Origin: Polyangiales bacterium
Lineage (GTDB): Bacteria; Myxococcota_A; Polyangia; Polyangiales; DASUME01
Assembly (NCBI GenBank): GCA_046598735.1
Contig: JBKJIA010000075.1
Coordinates: 5,930 to 69,929, forward strand
DNA length: 64,000 bases
Reading direction: 5' to 3'
The translations under genes and the position numbers were made by a program. Under the pieces are notes generated by a model. The model was not told the DNA's origin. It searched no databases and saw nothing but the letters and a program-made list of their open reading frames with translations. Of the stretch, positions 46,605 to 53,911 are shown piece after piece (the stretch's first letter is position 1; every line of letters begins with the position of its first letter).

Positions 46605-48071
46605 GTGAGCTCGCCGCCATCCTCCTCATCCGCTGCCAGCGTCGCCAACCCGGGAGGGTTTAAAGGACGCGTGCTCGTGGTGGATGACGAAGCCAATGCT
46701 CGCAATGCTTTGGCTGAGCTTCTGCGCGACGAAGGCTACGTCACCGAGGTGGCGGCCGACGGCAGTCAGGCCCTACGCGTCTTGGAATCGTTCGATCCTC
46801 ACGTCGTGCTAACCGATCTGAAGATGCCGGTGCTCGACGGCCTATCACTGCTCGAACAAGGGAAACTCTTAGTACCCCATGCCGCCTTCGTCGTGATGAC
46901 TGCGTTTGCAAGCATCGACACCGCCGTGCAAGCGATCAAGCGCGGAGCGGAAAATTACCTGACCAAACCCCTCGATCTCGACGCCGTGTCCGCACTGGTG
47001 GGACGTGCCTGCGAAAAAGCGTTGCTTTCGCGCGAGATGAGCGAGCTGCGACTCCGGCTCGAGCAGCGCTTCAGCGTGGGCAACATTCTCGGCGATCATC
47101 CTTCGATGCAGCGGCTCCTCAAAAGCGTCGCGCAGGTGGCCCCGAGCCGCGCAACGGTGCTCATCCACGGCGAAAGTGGTACCGGCAAGGAGCTTATCGC
47201 GGCAGCGATCCATCAAAACTCGCCGCGCAAGGATAAGGCTTTCGTGCGCCTCAACTGCGCAGCGCTGGCCGAGAGCCTGCTCGAATCGGAGCTATTCGGC
47301 CACGAAAAAGGCTCCTTTACGGGGGCGGTCACACGTCGCGAAGGTCGCTTCAAGCAGGCCCACGGCGGGACGCTTTTCCTGGACGAGGTCAGCGAGATTC
47401 CCCTTTCGCTGCAAGTCAAACTATTACGCTTCCTGCAAGAAAAGCAGTTCGAGCGCGTGGGCGGCAACGAAACCCTGACGGTCGACGTACGCATCGTCGC
47501 CGCCAGCAATCGCGACCTCAAAGAGCGGATGAAAGACGGTCTGTTTCGCGAGGATTTGTACTATCGGCTGAACGTGGTGCAGGTAGATGTTCCACCCTTG
47601 CGCGTTCGCAAGAGCGATATCCCGCTTTTGGCACAGCACTTCTTGGTCCGCTTTGCGGACGAAAATGGCCGCGACATCACCGGCTTTAGCGACGCAGCGC
47701 TGCGCCTGATCTTGTCTTACAGTTGGCCTGGCAACGTGCGCGAGCTCGAGAACGCGGTCGAGCGCGCAGTCGTCATGTGCGACGGTGAGCAGATCCAACC
47801 TGAGCATTTGCCGATGCACGGCCAGGAGACCATCCGGGATACCGAGCTGCTCATTCCCGGCATCACCATGGCCGAGCTCGAACGCCTAGCGATTCTGCAG
47901 ACGCTGGAGTCGGTGTCCGGTTCCACGGCCAAGGCGGCGGAGCTGCTCGGCATCAGTCGCCGAAAAATCCAATATCGCCTACGCGAGTGGGGGATGGGCG
48001 AGAGCGGCGACGGCGGCGAGGTCACCCATGATCAGGATAGCGCTGACGCGCTCGAATCAGGAGACGACTGA
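46605..48071 (+). CDS. sigma-54-dependent response regulator (NtrC family), paralog B
   Basis: Same architecture as 34937..36397 and about 85% identical over the part compared by eye. Start GTG 46605 (AAGGA RBS) in ORF 46326..48071. Confidence 0.9.
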   Translation: MSSPPSSSSAASVANPGGFKGRVLVVDDEANARNALAELLRDEGYVTEVAADGSQALRVLESFDPHVVLTDLKMPVLDGLSLLEQGKLLVPHAAFVVMTAFASIDTAVQAIKRGAENYLTKPLDLDAVSALVGRACEKALLSREMSELRLRLEQRFSVGNILGDHPSMQRLLKSVAQVAPSRATVLIHGESGTGKELIAAAIHQNSPRKDKAFVRLNCAALAESLLESELFGHEKGSFTGAVTRREGRFKQAHGGTLFLDEVSEIPLSLQVKLLRFLQEKQFERVGGNETLTVDVRIVAASNRDLKERMKDGLFREDLYYRLNVVQVDVPPLRVRKSDIPLLAQHFLVRFADENGRDITGFSDAALRLILSYSWPGNVRELENAVERAVVMCDGEQIQPEHLPMHGQETIRDTELLIPGITMAELERLAILQTLESVSGSTAKAAELLGISRRKIQYRLREWGMGESGDGGEVTHDQDSADALESGDD

Positions 48072-48149
48072 GCCGCGAGCCGCCCATCGCCCATGGCAGA
48101 GCACAAGTACGGTCGGCCGTAGTCATGCAGAATCAACACGTGGTCGGTA

Positions 48150-49460
48150 TCACGTGAACACGTAGTGCCGGTGGAGCGCTGCTGCCATCAGCTCGCCGCG
48201 AAAGCTTGGATGGGCAAGCGCGGCCAGGGCGTACACGCGCTCGCGAACACTCTTGCCCCATAAGTCTGCGATTCCGTACTCGGTCACCACATAGCGAACA
48301 TCGCCCCGTGTGGTCACTACCGCGGAACCTTCTTCGAGCGCCGCTTGAATGCGACTAACGCTGCCGCCCTTGGCCGTGGAGGGTAGCGCGATGATCGCCT
48401 TACCACCCTTGCTGCGCGACGCGCCCCGCACGAAGTCCACTTGCCCGCCGATGCCCGAGAAAAAATGACCCAGCAGCGTGTCAGACACCACTTGTCCTGT
48501 CAGGTCCACGGCCAGGGCCGAGTTGATCGCGATCATCTGGCTGTTGCGTGCGATCACGAAAGGGTCGTTGGTAAAGTCAGAAGCGCGGAGCTCGATCGCG
48601 GGATGATCGTCTACCCATGAATAGAGCGCCTGACTACCCATCACGAACGAAGTCACCATCTTATGGGGTAATAATGTCTTCTGCTTGCCGTTCACTACAC
48701 CCGCTTCAGCCAGGCGCATGACACCGTCCGATAGCATCTCAGTATGAATACCGAGGTCATGATGTTGTGCGAGCGCAGCCAAGACCGCGTCTGGTATTTG
48801 TCCTATACCCGTCTGCAAGGTGGCGCCGTTCGGCACAAGACTCGCAACATGCGCACCAATCGCGCGCTCCACGTCGCTCGGTTCGTCGCAGTTCGCGATC
48901 AAGAGCGGGCGTTCGATCGGGATCAACCAATCGATATCCGCCACGGCCAAGAAAGAATCGCCATGCGTACGCGGCATGTGAGGGTTCACTTCCGCGATCA
49001 CCAGCTGCGCCGTGTCCACCGCGGCGCGCACCACATCGACCGAGACACCCAGACTGACGAAGCCGTGTACATCGGGCGGACTGACCTGAATCAACGCGAC
49101 GTCGATGCCGACTCGCCCGCTGCGAATGAGCTCTGGGATCTCGGACAGGAACACGGGCATGAAGTCCGCGCGGCCTAGGTGCACGGCCTCCCGTACGTTC
49201 GCGCCGATGAAGAACGCGCGATGTCGGAAGCGCGCGGCAAATTCAGGTCGCACGTAAGGTGCGGGACCGAGCGTGAGCAGGTGAACGATCTCGTTGTCAT
49301 GCAGGTGGTCGCCTTGCTCTACGAGCGCGTTGACGAGGCTTAGCGGTTCCGCGGCGCCGGAGCCGATCATGATGCGCTGTCCCGCGCGCACGGATAGCAG
49401 CGCCTCGCCGGGCGTGGTCACCTTGGATCGATAGGTCTGCTGCCAATCTGAGTCTTTCAC
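48150..49460 (-). CDS. acetyl-CoA hydrolase/transferase family protein (4-hydroxybutyrate CoA-transferase-like)
   Basis: 436 aa. Family pattern includes GIGQIPDAV, SGIGGQVDF and TEYGIADL. Confidence 0.8.
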   Translation of the reverse strand: MKDSDWQQTYRSKVTTPGEALLSVRAGQRIMIGSGAAEPLSLVNALVEQGDHLHDNEIVHLLTLGPAPYVRPEFAARFRHRAFFIGANVREAVHLGRADFMPVFLSEIPELIRSGRVGIDVALIQVSPPDVHGFVSLGVSVDVVRAAVDTAQLVIAEVNPHMPRTHGDSFLAVADIDWLIPIERPLLIANCDEPSDVERAIGAHVASLVPNGATLQTGIGQIPDAVLAALAQHHDLGIHTEMLSDGVMRLAEAGVVNGKQKTLLPHKMVTSFVMGSQALYSWVDDHPAIELRASDFTNDPFVIARNSQMIAINSALAVDLTGQVVSDTLLGHFFSGIGGQVDFVRGASRSKGGKAIIALPSTAKGGSVSRIQAALEEGSAVVTTRGDVRYVVTEYGIADLWGKSVRERVYALAALAHPSFRGELMAAALHRHYVFT

Positions 49461-49497
49461 GTATTTGTGCTCTCCTGCGGATCAATCGTCGTGTTGG

Positions 49498-49513
49498 TGC
49501 ACGGAGCACGCCA
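49498..49513 (-). promoter_or_regulatory. candidate sigma-54 promoter for CoA-transferase gene
   Basis: Minus strand reads TGGCGT-GCTCC-GTGCA with correct spacing and three mismatches. Predicted TSS is about 27 nt upstream of ATG 49460. Confidence 0.4.
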
Positions 49514-49576
49514 AGGCAGTGGTCACTCGCTTCCTAGTCCCCGTTCGTCCGGCATCCGTAGGAAAGAACGCGGCCT

Positions 49577-49591
49577 GCGCAAATCCTGCGC
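49577..49591. promoter_or_regulatory. palindrome GCGCA-AATCC-TGCGC (candidate EBP site)
   Basis: Perfect arms. Followed by GCGCA-AATCA-TGCCA at 49607..49621 and a GCGCAAAC half-site at 49628. Lies in the divergent region between the CoA-transferase and triple-USP genes. Confidence 0.45.
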
Positions 49592-49701
49592 CCAAAGCCG
49601 CGCACCGCGCAAATCATGCCAATATCTGCGCAAACACGAACATTGCGGGGCGACACCTGGCTTGCGCTTTCCGGTCGCACCAGCGTGTCTATCTCCAAGA
49701 G

Positions 49702-51030
49702 ATGGTCATCGTTTACGGTACCGATCTATCCACCCAGTCGCATCTCGTGGCCAGCGCTGCCGCCGCGCTCGCCGTGCGCCTTGCAGCCACAGAGCTTTTC
49801 CTGGTGCATGTGCTTGAGAACAATCTCATCAGTCGCTTAGATGGTCCGCAGCTCGAGCTGCTAAAAGCTCAAACGCTTGAGCGCCTGACGCAAGACGCCA
49901 CGCAGCTCGCCACAACCTTCAAGCTTGCGCGCGTCGAGCCGGTTTTGCTGATGGGAGCGCCGGCGGAGCTTCTGCCTCGTTTTGCCCACTCGAAGCAAGC
50001 GGCCCTGCTAGTCATGGCTTCGCAAGGGCATGGTGCAACGCCTCTCTACCGGATAGGAGGCACGTCCGAACGCGTCGCCCTCAGCTCGGAGGTACCGGTG
50101 CTCGTGGTGCGCGATGAGGCGCCATTTCGAGCGTGGGCGAGCGGCGAACGGCCCCTGCGTATCTTAGTAGGGCTCGACTTCACGACGAGTAGTGACGCCG
50201 CTGTGCACTTGGCCAAGACCCTCAGACGGGCGGGCACCTGCGACCTTACGTTCGCACATATCCACTATGGATACGATGCCGCACGCCGGTACGGTATTGC
50301 GCCCCTGGCCAGCGCTTCGCTCGTCGACGCAGACCGTCAGACGGACGACTTGCTCAGGCGTGATCTTGCAGTTCGTGTCGGCGAGCTACCCGGTGAGGGC
50401 GCGGTCACCTTCCTACCGCGTACCGGCTTTGGTCGGCTTGGGGATCACCTGCTGGAAATCGCAGAGGCCGAACGCGCCGACCTTATCCTAGTTGGTACCC
50501 ATCGGCGTAGTGGAGCGCGCAGGCTCGCCTCTGTCTCGAGCGTGGTGTTGCACTTTGGCCATGCTGCGATCGCCTGCGCGCCGCCAGAAATGAGCGCGCC
50601 GCCGGAAGGGCGCGCCGTCCGTCATGTCCTTATACCCACCGATCTCTCGCCCTTTGCCAACTACGCAATCGCTCAAGGCTACCGAATGCTCGCCGAAGGT
50701 GGTGGCGAGGTACACCTCATCCATGTGCTAGATCCCATTTCGGCCGACGCTCGCTCTCCGATTGCTCGAGCAGAGCTAGTCCACCAGTTGCGCGCCCTAG
50801 TACCCGATTGGGCGGCGAAACACAGCATCGTCACGCGAACAGACGTGGTAGTTCGGGGTGATATCGCGGACGCCGTCCATGAAACGGCGGCTCGCATGGC
50901 CGCAGATATGATCTGCATGGCTTCGCACGGCCGTTCAGGCATACGGCGTGCGGTCTTAGGTTCCATCGCGGAGCAGGTGATCCGTGGTAGTCACATCTCC
51001 GTATTGGTGGTGCGTCCGCCCTCGCCATAA
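49702..51030 (+). CDS. triple universal-stress-protein-domain protein
   Basis: Three successive USP modules, each ending in a G-x2-G-x9-G(S/T)-like ATP motif (ASQGHGATPLYRIGGTSERV, GTHRRSGARRLASVSSVV, ASHGRSGIRRAVLGSIAEQV). Start is ATG 49702. Confidence 0.8.
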   Translation: MVIVYGTDLSTQSHLVASAAAALAVRLAATELFLVHVLENNLISRLDGPQLELLKAQTLERLTQDATQLATTFKLARVEPVLLMGAPAELLPRFAHSKQAALLVMASQGHGATPLYRIGGTSERVALSSEVPVLVVRDEAPFRAWASGERPLRILVGLDFTTSSDAAVHLAKTLRRAGTCDLTFAHIHYGYDAARRYGIAPLASASLVDADRQTDDLLRRDLAVRVGELPGEGAVTFLPRTGFGRLGDHLLEIAEAERADLILVGTHRRSGARRLASVSSVVLHFGHAAIACAPPEMSAPPEGRAVRHVLIPTDLSPFANYAIAQGYRMLAEGGGEVHLIHVLDPISADARSPIARAELVHQLRALVPDWAAKHSIVTRTDVVVRGDIADAVHETAARMAADMICMASHGRSGIRRAVLGSIAEQVIRGSHISVLVVRPPSP

Positions 51031-51176
51031 GAGCGAGGGAGCGCGACTAAGGGGTCGCGCCTACGAGGAACCATCGGGGTCGCTCAGTGGTGGTCTGGAA
51101 GTAGACGAGTCCCTCATGTTACTCGCTTGGCATGCTTGTTGAGTGTGCGAGGAGCATCGTCGATGCGAGGATAAGT

Positions 51177-52607
51177 ATGGAAAGACTCAGCGGACTGGAT
51201 GCGACTTTTCTCTACGTGGAGACGCCGACCATGCACATGCAGGTCTCGTTGCTCGCACTCCTGGATCCTAGGGAAGCGCCTGGAGGCTACGACCATACCC
51301 GACTCGAAGCCTTGCTCGAACAGCTGGCCTACCAAACCCCTAAGCTACGCCGCAAGCTCGTGCAGGTACCGTTGGGACTCCACCACCCGGTTTGGGTCGA
51401 GGATCCTCACTTTCATCCAGTCCACCATCTCAAGCGGATCGCCTGTCCGCTGCCAGGTGGAACGAAGGAGCTTGCAGATCTGTGCGGTCGCATCAACAGC
51501 ACTCCACTCGATCGTTCACGCCCCTTGTGGGAAATCTGGGTGATCGAGGGCCTCGCACAGGGCCAGTTCGCTCTGCTCGCGAAACTTCACCATTGCCTTG
51601 CGGATGGTATGGCCGGAGCTGGGCTGCTCGCGAGTTTGTTCAGCATGACGAAGGAACCGGCCAAGAGCGCACCCGTGGCATCAACACTGACTGCGCACGA
51701 CGGGATGCCCAGCACGCCCAAGCTCATGCGCGACGCGCTGCTCGATCGTTTGACAGCCTCGCGCCAAATCGGCCGCATCTATGGGCGTACGGCCAAGGCC
51801 CTCGATCTGATTCGAAGCAGACGAAGCGACAGCGAATACCATGCCGGCGCCACTCCCATCTTGGATGTTCCACGCACCCCCTTCAACGCTCCGATCACTG
51901 CCCAACGTTCTGCCGCTTTTGCGCGCGTTTCTCTGGAGGAGGTGCGCGAGATCTGTAAGGTATACTCCGTGAAGGTCAACGACGTGGTGCTCGCACTGTG
52001 CGCCGGTGCGCTGCGTCGCTATCTCGAGCCCAAAGGCGACCTCCCCCTCGCTCCGCTTGTCGCAGCCTGCCCCGTCGCAGTACCCAGGAGCGACATTCAC
52101 GCGCACGGTAGTAACCATGTAGCCGTGATGTTTACCTCCTTGGCCACCAACCTGGAGGACCCTGTGGAAAGGCTCCTCGCCATCCGCAGCACGGCAAGTG
52201 GTGCCAAGGAAGAGCTCCGCACCTTCGGGAACGAGACGATGGGCGACTGGGCCGAGCTTTCATCGCCGGTCCTCTTTACGGCCAGTACCCGGGTCTACTC
52301 TAAGTATCGGCTATCGAGCCTGCACCGTCCGCTCCATAACGTCATGATCTCGAACGTGCCTGGCCCGCCCATGCCCATCTATCTCGATGGGTCGAAGCTT
52401 ACCGCCGCCTACCCCATGGGCCCTGTGATCGAGGGTGCAGGGCTCAACATCACCGTCATGAGCTATGTAGGGCACCTCGACTTTGGGTTTCTTGCCGCTA
52501 CCGCACTGGTGCCGGACCTTTGGCGGCTTGCGGATGCGATCGCACCGAGCTTGGCGGAGCTGCTCGATAGGTCCCGTGCGCGCGTCGAGGTCGACGTCAG
52601 CGTGTGA
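51177..52607 (+). CDS. wax ester synthase / diacylglycerol acyltransferase (WS/DGAT)
   Basis: Catalytic HHCLADG (HHxxxDG), an N-terminal LSGLDATFLY-type motif, and 476 aa from ATG 51177. Confidence 0.85.
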   Translation: MERLSGLDATFLYVETPTMHMQVSLLALLDPREAPGGYDHTRLEALLEQLAYQTPKLRRKLVQVPLGLHHPVWVEDPHFHPVHHLKRIACPLPGGTKELADLCGRINSTPLDRSRPLWEIWVIEGLAQGQFALLAKLHHCLADGMAGAGLLASLFSMTKEPAKSAPVASTLTAHDGMPSTPKLMRDALLDRLTASRQIGRIYGRTAKALDLIRSRRSDSEYHAGATPILDVPRTPFNAPITAQRSAAFARVSLEEVREICKVYSVKVNDVVLALCAGALRRYLEPKGDLPLAPLVAACPVAVPRSDIHAHGSNHVAVMFTSLATNLEDPVERLLAIRSTASGAKEELRTFGNETMGDWAELSSPVLFTASTRVYSKYRLSSLHRPLHNVMISNVPGPPMPIYLDGSKLTAAYPMGPVIEGAGLNITVMSYVGHLDFGFLAATALVPDLWRLADAIAPSLAELLDRSRARVEVDVSV

Positions 52608-52663
52608 GCACGTGGATCCAAACGCGCACTCGCAAGTCTAGCGCCTGAATTCCAAGAGTAAGG

Positions 52664-53536
52664 TCAGCCGGCTTCGGCGTCTTGCGCTATCAGGTCGTCG
52701 CACAGCAAACTTGGGTGCAGCAGCATTTGCTCCTCGATGTCCATGTCTTGGCGGAAAGTCGTGATCAGGTGCGCGAGCGCTGCTGCCATGGCCGCAGGTG
52801 GCTCCGACGGCTCGTCGAACTGGGCCACGATCCGTTCGAGCGATCGCCTTTGCTCAACGTGCTCGGCGATCAGACGATCAGAGCGCACCTTCCCGAACGC
52901 GTCCAGCGCTGCAAGCGCGGGCGCGAGCAGGCGATTTTCGAGCTCCATGTGGCGACACAGACCCGTGTAGAGTTGGTAAGCGATGCCTCGCAATGACAGG
53001 ACCTCCTGATCGCCAAAGCCACCGCCCGAAAGGATGCGCTGCGCGTGTTCTTCGGAACGAAGAAGCAAGGCTCGGATATTGACGTGCTCGCTCAAAATCA
53101 CACTGCGGACCTGGCTGGGTGTCATTTGCAATGATTCGGGCTGATCCGCCTCGATCAGCTCGGCCAGGACCCTGATCGCGTCGTTCTTCGTGAAGAGGCC
53201 GACGAGACGCTTGCCTTGCATCACAACCGCGCAGTCGGCCTTGTGAGCGGCCATGGCACGCGCCGCCCGTGCCACGGGTGTGTCCTCGGTCAAGGTAAGC
53301 GGTTCGGATGTCAATACCTCCTCGATGGTAACCTCTGCCAAGTCCAAGTCGAGAGCGCCCACCAACGTGAGGTCGTGCTCCGACAGCACTCCGCTCAACA
53401 CCCCTTCCCGGACCACGGGCAGGTAGCAGATCCCGAGCTCACGCATACGGTGGGAAGCAGCTTCCAGGGTCTGCTCGATGGGGATCGAGTGAGGGGCGAA
53501 CGTCATGTAGTCTCGCACTTGGTATTGGAGCGGCAT
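52664..53536 (-). CDS. CBS-pair protein fused to a hemerythrin-like (HHE cation-binding) domain
   Basis: N-terminal CBS pair. The C-terminal about 140 aa carries spaced H/E/D motifs (SEHVNIR, CRHMELEN, AEHVEQR, DMDIEEQMLLH). AGGAGG RBS. Confidence 0.6.
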   Translation of the reverse strand: MPLQYQVRDYMTFAPHSIPIEQTLEAASHRMRELGICYLPVVREGVLSGVLSEHDLTLVGALDLDLAEVTIEEVLTSEPLTLTEDTPVARAARAMAAHKADCAVVMQGKRLVGLFTKNDAIRVLAELIEADQPESLQMTPSQVRSVILSEHVNIRALLLRSEEHAQRILSGGGFGDQEVLSLRGIAYQLYTGLCRHMELENRLLAPALAALDAFGKVRSDRLIAEHVEQRRSLERIVAQFDEPSEPPAAMAAALAHLITTFRQDMDIEEQMLLHPSLLCDDLIAQDAEAG

Positions 53537-53591
53537 AGGTTCCTCCTAACGTGACAAGACGACATGACAAACGGGTACCATGACCTTAATG

Positions 53592-53607
53592 AGCACGCGC
53601 CGTGCCA
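53592..53607 (-). promoter_or_regulatory. candidate sigma-54 promoter for CBS-hemerythrin gene
   Basis: Minus strand reads TGGCAC-GGCGC-GTGCT with correct spacing. Predicted TSS is about 45 nt upstream of ATG 53536. Confidence 0.55.
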
Positions 53608-53911
53608 GCGGAAAAACCCGCTGAATGTCGCAGGGTGGCGCAAGATTCGCACAAAACTTTTTTGCCTGGAGCTTGCGTTGGCGCAAAGCCTTCGTCTCGC
53701 TTTGCCGAGCACGCAAAATGTTCGCCGCGCATCGCTCGGGGAGCCATTGTCTCATACAACGGGACAGTTAGTTTTCTCCAAGATTCCCCTGTCCGGTCCC
53801 CAATCCGAGTGTACTTACCTCGGGTCGCCCGAGACTTGCTCGGAGCGATAGTAGGCGGCGTTGGGACTTCGACGCGCGCCGGCAGCGGCTTTCGCGCACG
53901 CGGGGTTTTCA

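Noticed and set aside
51041-51060. 7-bp stem GCGCGAC-taaggg-GTCGCGC just after the triple-USP stop.
   Set aside because: The stem is short and has no U-tract, so it is not convincing as an intrinsic terminator.
51128-51143. TGGCAT-GCTTG-TTGAG, 34 nt upstream of the WS/DGAT start.
   Set aside because: The -12 position has GA instead of the near-invariant GC. It is kept only as a weak possibility.
53636-53651. TGGCGC-AAGAT-TCGCA upstream of the decaheme gene, and a similar TGGCGC-AATCA-TCGCG at 10619..10634, have sigma-54-compatible spacing.
   Set aside because: Both coincide with GCGCAA-type half-sites of the recurrent dyad family and have weak -12 regions. They are more likely regulator sites than promoters. 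The promoter of the decaheme gene remains unidentified.
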